Made by a program: the position numbers and the translations under genes. The notes beneath the pieces were generated by a model. It was not told where the DNA came from, searched no databases, and was given only the letters and a program-made list of their open reading frames with translations. From Octopus vulgaris (lineage: Eukaryota): a stretch of 64,000 bases of DNA. Below, piece after piece: positions 42,916 to 56,398 of this stretch. The stretch spans positions 6,014,001-6,078,000 of the forward strand of contig OX597818.1 of the NCBI GenBank assembly GCA_951406725.2, read 5' to 3'. The first letter of the stretch is position 1; each line of letters begins with the position of its first letter.

Positions 42916-44060
42916 AAGGGTGAAAAGGAACACACGAGTTGATATATATGAAAAAACAAGTAAAAAATAGAAAATGCTAAAATAATTTTATAGTGAACAT
43001 TTCAGTACCGGTTTCGGTCATTTTGAGACCTTTTCAACTGTAACGATTAAATAATTAAATTTAGAAAAATTAGAAGAAAAGTTTTTTTAAAAGAATATTT
43101 CTATAGTAGTGTTCAGATTTAAGTGGCATTCTGCCTTTCGCTGACTCCCTTGTTTGCACTTGTGTGTTCGAGGTAGTTGTGAGTTCTTGGTAGGGTAGTA
43201 GAGGGAAGGCTGGTGAGGAAAGGGGGGTTGGAGAATCTGGGAGTGCCCTGATGGTCGTATTTTGAATGGTCAGTGGCGGCTGGCAGTCTCAGTTCAATTC
43301 AGGAGAATATTTATATTGACAGGCTTGTTTATAGAATTAGCGTAGGTGTTATACTAAAAAACATTAGTGACAAACTTAAGGGGTAGGGGGTGGAGAAGAA
43401 GAAGAAGAAAAAGAAGAAGAAGAAGAAGAAGAAGAAGGAGAAGGAGAAGGAGAAGATGACGATGATGGTGATGGTGGTGATGATTATGACGATGATGATG
43501 ATAACGATGATGATGAAGAAGAAGAAGAAGAAGAAGAAGGAGGAGAAGGAGAAGATGGTGGTGATGATGGTGGCGATGATGATGACGCCGATGATGATGA
43601 TAACGATGATGATGAAGAAGAAGAGGAAGAAGAAGAAGAAGAAAAAAACAGAGGAGGGAGAATATGAATGGGTGTAAATATAGCTATGAAGGGGCTGATT
43701 AGTAATGGATTCTATGGAGTGTAGTATTTGTGTGTGTATATATATTTTTATCTTTTATTCTAAAGTTGAGGTATATTAATTGTTTGTCGTAGACCCGTTA
43801 AGAAGTGGCTTGTATTTTGTAATACAAGAACTCACAACTACCTCGAACACACAAGTGCAAACAAGGGAGTCAGCGAAAGGCAGAATGCCACTTAAATCTG
43901 AACACTACTATAGAAATATTCTTTTAAAAAAACTTTTCTTCTAATTTTTCTAAATTTAATTATTTAATCGTTACAGTTGAAAAGGTCTCAAAATGACCGA
44001 AACCGGTACTGAAATGTTCACTATAAAATTATTTTAGCATTTTCTATTTTTTACTTGTTT

Positions 44061-44072
<12 letters not shown>
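42916..44072 (-). mobile_element. Severely 5'-truncated PLE with an inverted pLTR, inserted in (TA)n
   Basis: Arms 42942-43189 and 43825-44072 look identical. The minus strand retains only ITKYKPLLNGS (end of GIY-YIG) plus the 3' UTR with (CTT)/(CAT) repeats. Confidence 0.85.
43971..44014 (+). ncRNA. Minimal hammerhead with a U3:A8 core; mirror copy at about 43000-43043 on the minus strand
   Basis: ttacag TTGAAAA ggtc-tcaaaat-gacc GAAA ccgg TA ctgaaa; stem III is the palindrome ACCGGT. Confidence 0.75.
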
Positions 44073-44105
<33 letters not shown>

Positions 44106-46930
44106 TGATTGCCTTATGATGGGCGATTTTGTCAACAATTCTACTACACCAGGTTAAGTAACATATATTACAGACGATTAATGAAAGACGGTGACCCATG
44201 TACTGATGCATTCATTTTCATATGCAATAGCATTAATTTTTGGTGTGTTGCAAAATATATATTTGCAGACATCGAACGATATTAAATGCATGCGCCCACA
44301 TACTCAGACATAAGGCTGCAAGAAGATAAAACCACTTATAATGTATTTTTGTATTGTTTCGGATAATTATGAAGTAAACAGTGATTCAAAAATTATAAAA
44401 TGTTCTATCATGCAGAGAAAATAAAGATTTCATTTTTGTAGAACAAAGCAGGTTGAATGTCTAGACAAGAATGTACCATCATTTGGAGATAGTTGTTTAT
44501 CATCGATTTATTTAAAAGTCGTTAACAACTTAAGTACTGAATATTACAACATATGGATACTGTTATAAATATCACAATATCTAGTGTAAATTAATGCAAT
44601 TTTGAATTTCACGTAATTACAGCAGAATGAGAACCGTAAGATAGCAGTAAAAAATTGAAATATATTAGCGTATTTTCTATCTATTTATCTCTTAATCTAA
44701 TTATATATATCTGTTTACATCAAGTATGTAGACATATGTATAAATAACTACTAGTCATTTAGTAATCTAACTATTAATCACTTATTAAAAATTACAAAGT
44801 TCATAATTGTGTTTTATGTCAATATAAAGATATAAGGTAATATCTGTAAGTAGTTATTTATGTACAATATGAAATCAAGCGAAATGGTATTAAGGCGTCG
44901 CCTTTATTTGATTCACAGAATAATGAGTGACAAGATAATTGTAAGTATACGTAGTACAGAAAAAATAAATAGAACATATGAACGGTATGAAGCACTGCCG
45001 TAAAGGTTAAGTTTGTGATAATGAGAAATTCATGACATTTATAGCATAATATTATTTTTATCCAGATTATTTCTCAAGTGCATTTAATCGTGACAGAAAT
45101 GACACAAAGCATAACGTTGTTGAAAAACACAGCCAAATTTTGTTCAAAATTCATTAAAATGTTTACATGATTAGCAACAATATTTATAAAATCATTGACG
45201 TCGAAAACAATGCAATTTCATACTGTATGTATTCAATCGCTAGTGATTTAATGGCGCAAAGCAGCAAGGTCATTTTTTAGCAATACGCCTTCATTAATTA
45301 TTTTAATTGCTATGTATATATATTGTTTACTGCATTTCTGCCAATCCTTAGGCGTGAAATTTTAAATTTATTTTTCAGACTACAAGAGTGAAAATTTTGA
45401 TAAGAAAGAAGACAAATATTATTTGCAATGCCATTATTTAAATCAATTAACAACAAAATACAAGATGTTGATACAATCTACAATCTGACCAACAAAACTG
45501 TGTACTATATTTAGTTGCACCATGTTTATATCCTAGGTTTAAAAATGTTCAAGTGATTTCTTCTTTTCCGGTAATTTCGTGGTCGGAAATATAAAATAAT
45601 TACATAAAGGCAAATGCAGTATGCGGATATATATATATATATATCCGTAAGCAACGAATAAGAAAGTGAGAAACCACCAAGTCATTGCTGGATGAATAAT
45701 TTCTTTTGATATTTGAGGCCGTTCATACAACACAGATTGTTTCATTCAAAAGCGTGCAACTACTCAATCGTTATTTGAATGCTACTAGAAGTTTGCAGTC
45801 ATTTTTGATAGCATGAATGCAAACGAGATGTCAAAAGAGATTCGTATTGAAACAGATAACTTCAAAACAAAAGGAATTACATTATTCATTATTTTCTTTA
45901 TGTTGCATGCCTTACTAGTTGTAACAATTTTCTATTCCACCAAATTACGTATAAATATATTGTCGAATATGGAATATTACTGCATAGCTTTGCAATTTTT
46001 CAAACACATTCACATACATACCTTAGATATACACTCTAACCAAGGCTTCAATCTAGCTAAAACATATTTACATGTTTTTGCCAGCGTTTACAACGATCCA
46101 TCCGTTCTTTAAACGTGTGTACCAGAATATTCTTCAAGAAAAGGATGAGAGATGACCAAATTTATTTACTAAGACCAGTATTGTTGCGTTTATTGATATG
46201 TCTAAATGTAATGTTTAGATATTCTTTTCGACAACTGAGACGATGAGCTACCTATATAAAAAAGACATCAGAATCCGAAGTAATTTTATATTTCTAGTCT
46301 TAGAATTACTTCTAAGGAAACGAATACGATTCGAATTTATATCAGAAATATTAATATTGTTGTTATTTTTGTTCTTCGCAGCAGACTGCTGCTATGAATT
46401 TATAAAGAAATATACACAACATCTAAGAGTATATTTTATCCCTGTGAAGAGATTGTGTTCAGAAAATGGAATTTAATATTCAATTAATTTCATAGTGTAT
46501 AACAGAAACAGCTGTAAGGGTAATGGTCGATTTGTTGCTGATTATAAACTCTTATTAAGTATAAAATCTCCATTTTCATCTTTTCTTCCTTTGCATGAAT
46601 ATAAACTACAGTTTATATAACACCTATTATTTTAAGGAATTCACTTCCTCAAAAAATATTGGGTATTGAACCAGTATTTCCTTGGGTGTCACCAATGCAC
46701 ACATACCGTATACACGTATAAATAACTGTATATGGAGCTTGTATCAATATAGGTATGTTCGTACCAGTGTATGATAGGAAAAAGGATCGGAAAAAAATGA
46801 AATAGGAAGCGTTATTGCAGAGAGCTACGGAGGGAGATTTGGTCGAGGTAATTCAAAATTACAGAAGGTTTAAAAGGGCTAAATGGTATACTGATGGATA
46901 CTGTACTCTCGTTCGTAGAAGAGTAAATTC

Positions 46931-46975
46931 AGAATATCGCGCATCAGTCAAATATAGACTGATGCGCGATATTCT
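46931..46975. repeat. Perfect 19-bp-arm hairpin
   Basis: agaatatcgcgcatcagtc aaatata gactgatgcgcgatattct. Confidence 0.95.
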
Positions 46976-48049
46976 TGGTGACACATAAATTATCAAAAGC
47001 AGAGGAGGCAGGGCACCTGCAGCTGCATAGTTTTATAGCGGGTGCTAAAAGGCAATTTTCTCACCCTGATTGTAACAGGGCATTATAGGGATCATATATT
47101 CTAGATTTATGAGGTGCAGTGCTAGTAATTGTGAGAGAGCTATTCGAAGAACATAATTTATAGTGTCTGTCATATCTGATGACATTATGTCCGCTATTCC
47201 TTATTTTGGTAAACAGCGTTGCCTGATCTTTGGACCGGAAGCGATTAATGAACGGTGTACTTGATCTAGTCTGCTCCAGGTTGAGGGTTAGAAGAAGTTG
47301 TTTGGCAGCAGCAGTTGCGAGTTAACTAGGGCTCTATTTATGTTATTACCGCTACTCACATCCGGATTCAGTATTTCTCTAATGTTAAAGCAACGAATAA
47401 TTCCGGCATGAGCGGTCTCATATAAATGAACACGAGAAAGGAGGAATGAAGAAGCATAACAAGTGGTATCACTTTAGAACGTTATGACTACATACAGACA
47501 ACTTGAATTATATGGATGGATGTAATAAGTTCGATTATGTGTGCATGTATGTAGCAACATATAGGTATACTATTTAAGGTGGTGCCCCAGTATGGCCGCA
47601 CTCAAGTGACTGAAACAAGTAAAAGAATAAAAGAATACTATTAATGGGATGGAACTTTGTAAACGGCATTCGCTATTTTGTAAATATTAAAATAGATATT
47701 GCCTACCTATAAAAGCTGATTTATTGTCCGCAGAAAATCTTCATTTGCGGCAAGATATCGATCATTCAAAATTGTGTTACAATATAATTTTAAGCTTTGT
47801 TAGACCGGCCTCATTTCAAGTGCAGCGTTTTTTTAAAAATAATTAACTGCTGAAAGTAGGGAATCTGAAAATATACATATTCAGTTCCCAAACCTCATCT
47901 ACAAATACTATCCTATATATCGATACTCAACCCTTAGAAACAATGAAGTATACAACACTATTATGCACAATCTACTTACGTTTATTAGGGACCCAATTGT
48001 GAACCACTTTCTGCAATCACAGAAATTCGTTAAAATAAAACACAAACCA

Positions 48050-48500
48050 GATCAATAGAAGAAATAGCGACAAATTCGAAGTTATACTCAATAAAAATGT
48101 AACCAATATGTAAAAGATGAAGGTGAACCATGCACCAGCCTACTGGAAAGGTAGGAATTCCACTTCAAACAAGGAGAGAGATTCAAAATTAAGACTAATT
48201 TCTCTTGTGCATCCGAAAATTTAATTCTTGCGATAACTTGTTCAGGATGTGGACACAACTATATAGGTAAAACTAAAATGTTCCCTAGAAAAGGAACGAC
48301 ACTTCATAAGTAGCAGATTCGTTTCCCAAGATATAGATACTATTGAGCGAACACATGTGTTTGGGGAATCTCAAACAAGACTTCACGGTTTCCACCCCAC
48401 TAACAGTGCAAGGAAACGATCTCTATACAACAACCATCAAATAAAGACAATATATTTATTGAAAAATACAAACGGCACCGGAATACGAACACTATTATGT
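48050..48500 (+). mobile_element. Decayed GIY-YIG endonuclease related to the 57153-57683 Neptune-like ORF
   Basis: EFHFKQGERFKIKTNFSCASENLILAITCSGCGHNYIGKTK versus EFILEQGHQFTIRTNFTCASENLIYVITCAGCNRQYIGHTK. Confidence 0.8.
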
Positions 48501-48928
48501 AAATATTTAGTTACATGAACGAATATTATTTCATTATTTTAATTAATGAATTTTTAACTTCGTAATATAAATATTATATATTTACATACTTCCAAAAATG
48601 TACACCCCTCGCCCTACCCCTGTCTCGAAAAATAGCAATCACGAATTAAATCCCATTAGATGTATTTACATGCTGGTTCCTTTACGAACAAAATTCAATG
48701 TAATCAACTTGGGCTACAAACAACATGGAATATAACTTTCTTGAAATACTACTAAATTACAATTTTTTCACCATATTCACAAGCAGGATTATCAAAACAC
48801 GAAACCGGAATTCTATTTAAGTATCATGTCCTATAAAGTATATAAAAATATATAAATTGTCTGCATTTTCCTACAATTCACCTTACGCGGAGAACCTCTT
48901 CACAAAGCTCTTTACGACAGACATAAAC

Positions 48929-48967
<39 letters not shown>

Positions 48968-48969
<2 letters not shown>

Positions 48970-49362
48970 GCTGAATAAGGGAATAAGTGCTATAGAGAGA
49001 CCATAATTAAGTTCCAGGTTCGATAATTTTGCGAATAAGGGGTTCAAACGTTGGTTCTACGTCAGCGTGTGTATATAAGTACTTTTTGCGTAATAACATA
49101 AGAAACCAAGGCTGTATAGATATTAGAGCATTTATATATAGACCTTCTATCTATAAATGCTCTAATATCTATACAGCCTTGGTTTGTTTATCTTATTACA
49201 CAAACAATTCTTATATACACACGCTGACATAGAACCAAATTTGAACGCTTTATTCCCAATACTACCGAATCTGGAACTTAACTATGGTCTGTCTATAGCA
49301 CTTATTCAGCATTACCTGACACCTTTGGGTCTCAATGAGACCATTATCTCTTATCACCTCAA

Positions 49363-49365
<3 letters not shown>
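48968..49365. repeat. About 345-bp fold-back element between two (TA)n tracts
   Basis: Arms 48968-49142 and 49146-49313. The inner 34 bp or so are perfect and the outer parts are diverged. About 50 bp of unpaired extension lies on the right. Confidence 0.85.
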
Positions 49366-49416
<51 letters not shown>

Positions 49417-51107
49417 TAAAAACGGTAAGATAACTAAAGAAAGAAAGAGACCTCAATATTATGTAAATAGAGGAAATTTATCTATAAAATAATGTGTTAC
49501 ATTACTCAATAGTCAAGACAAAACTCTGAGTTTCAGATGCTGAAGTGGAAATCCACAACACCATCTCTTCGGTTATCTGGCTATCTGAAAAATGCTATGA
49601 AAAAATACCGTTATATAAAGGGAAGTTACAGTATTATAATTCTGCTCGCGACCCACGTGCCTACTTATACGTCACTATGAAAACGTATCTTCACTCGCAT
49701 TTTTCGCCAAATATATACGCATATATATACAACCTCATACACACACATGCGTACCATAAAAGTTCATACATACGTCTATATACGCACAAACACAAGAAAA
49801 ACCATGGTTAAAGATGTATACAAAGCATAAAAACCACGTACATATACGGATAAGACCTTATGGACTCATACACACACACACGTCCATATATGTACATACC
49901 CGCACATATTTATATACGCATACATACGCACGCATATACAAAAATTGAATATACATATGTCCCCCTCCCCCCAAAAAAAATTTGAAACATACTAAATAAA
50001 AACGTCTATATATATATATGTGCATTCTTATGCCCGCACACACGTACATATCTAAAAACTGCCCACTCATACATATTCACACACGTGTACAAATGAAACT
50101 ACATACACGTCTATATAGGCACAGGAAGAAATGCAGGATAGAAAAGTAGAGAAAAAATTATTATGTGTGAAAATATAAAAATATATGATAAAAGGTATAA
50201 TGGGACATAACATGTTCTATCTGTTTTCTTTAGGGGACCAAAAACGTAACAAAAATTTAGTCACATATGGGCATGATCCGAAAAGTTATGTTCTTGAGTT
50301 TAGACATGTCCAAGCTGCTTTTCCAGATAAGCCATCTCTCCATCTCGCATAGACCGCACCTTCCGCTGCCGTTGGTATAGGGCTTACATTTGGCCAAAAT
50401 CTTCCAATGTATGTTATATTCGACACCTTTATCTTTTAAAGACCAAATATGATTAGATAATTGTGTCGCTTTTCTTTTGTTCCAGTGCCTAAAACTCAAG
50501 GTGTGGTTATAGAACATGGACTTGAAATTACCCTCTGTAAGGCCCACGTATTTCTTCGTCGAAACGGTGTCTTTAGTGGTTATAGAGTCTACGGTAACTT
50601 CATAGATGATGGTCTCGGACATTCAAGCTCCATTTAGCGAGCACAATTTTTTATTCCCGCATGAACAGCTGCCCTCCTGCTGTGTTTTTTGTGTGTCATG
50701 CTTGATTATATTTTTTAAATTGGTAGTAGAACTAAAACTAATTTTTAAGTTGTGTTTATTGAAGAGATTCCCACAAGTATGGTCAACTGGAAAATGTCTA
50801 TCTATCAGTGTTAAGAAATATCTACCTATATTGAAGGTCACCTCGGGTGAGTAAGGGGGTGTAAACCGGATGATCTTCCCATTTCTATTTTTCCTCTTCT
50901 TTACTGTTGGGCTAGTAACAGGTGTATATTTTATTTTTTCGCTAAAACCACTATCTTTTAAAGCCTTATTATAAACTGGGGCAACGCTATTAAAAATGTC
51001 CTTATCAGAGGAGAGGCCAGAAATTCTCTCACCAATATTTTTAACTAAAATTTTAGGAAAAATAGAAATGGGAAGATCATCCGGTTTACACCCCTTACTC
51101 ACCCGAG

Positions 51108-51692
51108 GTGACCTTCAATATAGGTAGATATTTCTTAACACTGATAGATAGACATTTTCCAGTTGACCATACTTGTGGGAATCTCTTCAATAAACACAAC
51201 TTAAAAATTAGTTTTAGTTCTACTACCAATTTAAAAAATATAATCAAGCATGACACACAAAAAACACAGCAGGAGGGCAGCTGTTCATGCGGGAATAAAA
51301 ACTTGTGCCCGCTAAATGGAGCTTGCATGTCCGAGACCATCATCTATGAAGCTACCATAGACTCTATAACCACTAAAGACACCGTTTCGACGAAGAAATA
51401 CGTGGGCCTTACAGAGGGTAATTTCAAGTCCATGTTCAATAACCATACCTTGAGTTTTAGGCACTGGAACAAAAGAAAAGCGACACAATTATCTAATCAT
51501 ATTTGGTCTTTAAAAGATAAAGGTGTCGAATATAACATACATTGGAAGATTTTGGCCAAATGTAAGCCCTATACCAACGGCAGCGGAAGGTGCGGTCTAT
51601 GCGAGATGGAGAGATGGCTTATCTGGAAAAGCAGCTTGGACATGTCTAAACTCAAGAACATAACTTTTCGGATCATGCCCATATGTGACTAA
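51108..51692 (+). pseudogene. GIY-YIG endonuclease region of the inverted arm
   Basis: 194-aa ORF that mirrors 50257-50844; there is no RT upstream on this strand. Confidence 0.8.
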
Positions 51693-52373
51693 ATTTTTGT
51701 TACGTTTTTGGTCCCCTAAAGAAAACAGATAGAACATGTTATGTCCCATTATACCTTTTATCATATATTTTTATATTTTCACACATAATAATTTTTTCTC
51801 TACTTTTCTATCCTGCATTTCTTCCTGTGCCTATATAGACGTGTATATAGTTTCATTTGTACACGTGTGTGAATATGTATGAGTGGGCAGTTTTTAGATA
51901 TGTACGTGTGTGCGGGCATAAGAATGCACATATATATATATAGACGTTTTTATTTAGTATGTTTCAAATTTTTTTTTTGGGAGGGGGACATATGTATATT
52001 CAATTTTTGTATATGCTTGCGTATGTATGCGTATATAAATATGTGCGGGTATGTACATATATGGACGTGTGTGTGTGTATGAGTCCATAAGGTCTTATCC
52101 GTATATGTACGTGGTTTTTATGCTTTGTATACATCTTTAACCATGGTTTTTCTTGTGTTTGTGCGTATATAGACGTATGTATGAACTTTTACAGTACGCA
52201 TGTGTGTGTATGAGGTTGTATATATATGCGTATATATTTGGTGAAAAATGCGAGTGAAGATGTGTACGTTTTCATAGTGACGTATAAGTAGGCACGTGGG
52301 TCGCGAGCAGAATTATAATACTGTAATTTCCCTTTATATAACGTTATTTTTTCATAGCGTTTTTCAGATAGCC

Positions 52374-52436
52374 AGATAACCGAAGAGATGGTGTTGTGGA
52401 TTTCCACTTCGGCATCTGAAACTCAGGGTTTTATCT
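52374..52436 (+). ncRNA. Type I hammerhead with a C4 variant core; mirror copy 49516-49578 on the minus strand
   Basis: agataa CCGAAGA gatg..gtgg-attt-ccac..catc t GAAA ctc a g(a/g)g TT tt(a/g)tct. Stem I is 6 bp; stem III is near-palindromic ACTC-A-GAGT in the left copy. Confidence 0.65.
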
Positions 52437-52459
52437 TGACTATTGAGTAATGTAACATG

Positions 52460-52506
<47 letters not shown>

Positions 52507-52775
52507 CACGTACAATATTTTATAAATATATATATAATTATAAAAAGCGGTCGGCTTTCTACATCACCACGAACCGTAAGAAATAAATGGGATACTCCTT
52601 TTTACCATCTTAAAATCTCCGAGATTGGTACACTTTATTGGAGGCAAGCAAAAGTACAATAATGCATCAATATTTTGTATTTTGTAAAAATTACCTATAA
52701 GGTCTTTATTTCCGCTATGGCTACCTGGTAAAATTATTATTAAATTTACACTATATTATTAGAATTAATATTTGA

Positions 52776-52810
<35 letters not shown>

Positions 52811-52871
52811 CCTATACACACACATACAGTTGTAAGTAAACTCATATCTGTTCATACATACATAAACATAT

Positions 52872-52916
<45 letters not shown>

Positions 52917-52998
52917 GGTCCCGGGTTGAGTCGGGGTTAACCACAGTAAATAAGGTACTCAATACATAGCAGAGTAAATTAATTTATTTTATAGAAGG

Positions 52999-53049
52999 AG
53001 CTTCTACAGGACTAGAACTGTTTCATTCAAAAGAAATCATCAGGAAGCT
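52999..53049 (-). ncRNA. Canonical-core type I hammerhead
   Basis: Reverse complement of 61486-61536. Confidence 0.8.
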
Positions 53050-53288
53050 AGGTAACAAGAATAGTTTTGACATTTATACATTTAGGCAGGTTTAAAGGGG
53101 TGGTGGTGGGGGACTTTTTGGGGTATTCATGGCGCAAACTATCATTCTTAGGGGAGTGGTCAAAGGAATTAGTGATAAAGTAGATAAAAGAATAAATAGA
53201 ATAATAGGGTTTTAGGTAAATAAGGAGACTCTCACTTATACACATATATACACATATATATACACGTACACACACACGCACATATATA

Positions 53289-53376
<88 letters not shown>

Positions 53377-54458
53377 TAGACATACATACACATATCCATA
53401 TACACATGTACATATGCACCCATTTACATACATCTACGTACACACCGATACCCATACTCATACATACACTCATATCCCTACACACATATATCTAACAATA
53501 AATATAAATAGAAATAGAAATACAAATATAAAGGGGGATATACACCCCCATACATACACGCTCATATATCTATACATACCCACACTTTGACTTCGACCCA
53601 ACAGGCCAGCTCTCCCAAGGGAGCTAGCTTAGCCGGCCTAAAGACACCATTTATTGCTCCTTTCCCTTCCTTTCTATCTTTCTTCACACAAACTCACACA
53701 CGCACACACACACACACACGCACACTCATACACATACACAAACGCACGTGTTATATTCATACATACATAAGTGTACCGACTTTCACACAAACGTACACAT
53801 AACTATGTACACACAAAAAAACCACATACGCACGCACATACCTACATATACATACACATATATACTTACACCAGTCATATACAAACCTACATACACATAC
53901 ATCCATATATCTATACATATACATACACATATATATACACATGCACATACCAATACACATACGCATATCTACGCACATACAGGCACACACATCTATCTAC
54001 ATATATAAAAAAAGAAACCCAACAAGTCCATACATATACACACATACACATACATACATACATATATATACACGTATATATACTCACACATATATACACA
54101 TATATACACATACACCTATATACACATATATATATACACCAACACACATACGCATACATAAATGTATACATATGTATATACATATGCATACACATACACA
54201 CACACGCGCGCATCTATTTATACATAAACACATACATGTATACAAACATATACATATATACATACATGCATACTCGAATAATAAATATAGGTATATATAT
54301 ACGTGCAATTACCTATCATACAGACGGATACATACATATAAACATATAAACATACACATATATACCTATTTACACATATGTATATATACATACATACATA
54401 CATACACATACACATAAAACTACATACCTACATATACATAAACACACCGGCGTACATG

Positions 54459-54519
<61 letters not shown>

Positions 54520-54523
<4 letters not shown>

Positions 54524-54826
54524 ACACCCTTCGGTCATGAATGACCATGGGTTTGCACCTAGAGAGTTACCCTCCTAGACACAAGTCTGGGCAAGGTTGT
54601 TTATGGAAGGCTAGCAGTCGCCCATGCATACCAGCCTCCCCTCTCCACGCCACCAGTGTTATCCAAGGGAAAGGCAAAGGCCGATACAGCTTGGCACCAG
54701 TGACGTCGCAACTCATTTCTACAGCTGAGTGAACTGGAGCAACGTGAAATAAAGTGCCTTGCTCGAGAACACAACACGCAGCCCGGTCCGGGATTCGAGC
54801 TCACAACCTCACGATCGTAAGCTCGA
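54520..54826 (-). mobile_element. tRNA-derived SINE nested in (TA)n within the PLE 3' UTR
   Basis: B-box-like gagctcgaatccc, then tgtgttctcgagcaaggcacttta; 3' stem-loop ggtcattcatgacc; (TA)n on both sides. Confidence 0.75.
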
Positions 54827-55205
54827 CATATATATATATATATATATATATATCCACATACATGCACATACACATACATACACATACACACACATATACA
54901 TACATATACATGTATGTAAATACACGCACACATACATATATACACACACATATACACATACACATATATATATATATATATACATATATACACACATGTA
55001 TATATATATATATACATACACATACACATACCTATACATACACACACATCTACATACACATACATATACATCCGTACGCACACCCTTATACATACATACA
55101 TCCACACCGAGGTATACAGGCATATACACACATACACATACACACACACATACACACATATATATACATACATATACATATACATACACATACATATATA
55201 CATAC

Positions 55206-55286
<81 letters not shown>

Positions 55287-55929
55287 CATATATACACACA
55301 AACATACACGTGCGCGCATACCTACATATACATACACACATAAACTTACACCAGTCATATACATAACTACATACCCATACATCCATATATCTATACATAT
55401 ACATACACGTATATATACACAAGCACATACTAAAACACACGCACACACATCTATCTACATATATAAAAAACCCAACAAGTCCATACATGTACACACATAC
55501 ACATACATACATGCATATACACATATATACCCATACACATATACACATACATACGCATACACATGTATATATATACATATATACACATACATATACATAC
55601 ACACATACATACACATACACACACACACGTGCATCTATATATACACACGCGCATCCTTATATACATAAATACATACATGCATACAAACATATACATATAT
55701 ACATACATGCATACTCAAATAATAAATAATAAATAATAAATAATAAATATATATACATACAGTTACCCATTATACAGACAGATACATACATATAAACATA
55801 CACATATATACCTATTTACACATATGTATATATACACATACATACATACACATACACATAATTCTACATACCTGCATATACATAAACACACAAGCGTACA
55901 CATATATATATATATACATACATACATAT

Positions 55930-55966
<37 letters not shown>

Positions 55967-56015
55967 AAAAATGAAGTTCGAAAATGCTGCTATATTATAC
56001 AATATTTAATTTTTA

Positions 56016-56076
56016 TATATACATTATAACATGTTTCAGTTCCTGAAATGAACCTTATCAAAAAAAGTTGTATATA
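56016..56076 (-). ncRNA. Minimal hammerhead with a U3:A8 core
   Basis: TTGATAA ggttc-atttcag-gaact GAAA catg TT. Stem III is the palindrome ACATGT; distal stem I is tatataca/tgtatata. Confidence 0.65.
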
Positions 56077-56398
56077 AAAAAAGACAGCTCATGCCGTCAA
56101 ACACAAGAATTTCATTTACAATACACAACGGAGTCAGACATCTTAAAGTTCATATATAGTTTGAAGTAAGTTCATTCATGCTATATGTTCAAAGTGTTCG
56201 ATGCAGTGGCCCACGGTGGCGGTACGTATTCAATATAAAAAACAGATCAAAGTGGTGGAAAGCAGTCAATACAGAAGATTGATGTTCCCGAAAGAGCGAG
56301 GAATTCATTTTTACCTTGAGCAATTGTGATGACCCATGGTGGGTGTTCGCTGGGTGATTCTGGTGAGTCTTGTGAATTGTTCGGGTTTTATAATGCCT

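Larger units (their letters stand above)
49412..52460 (-). mobile_element. 5'-truncated Hydra-clade-like PLE forming a 3-kb palindrome with 1.4-kb arms
   Basis: Arms 49495-50895 and 51055-52457, loop 159 bp. Encodes RFTPPYS..FNIGRYFL..HFP..CSCG..CPLNGAC..IIYEA..YVGLTE..TQLSNHIWSLK..CGLCEME (thumb, Cys linker, GIY-YIG). (TA)n on both flanks. Confidence 0.9.

Noticed and set aside
49495-52457. The 3-kb palindrome as an assembly artefact, or arm differences as an A-to-I editing signature
   Set aside because: The arms differ at many sites including indels, and the substitutions are of mixed types with no evident A-to-G bias.
54601-55668. Long ORFs of 304-341 aa and the many YI/HT/CV-rich ORFs across the window
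   Set aside because: They are translations of (TA)n/(CA)n/(TACA)n mosaics that lack stops by composition, with no domain content.
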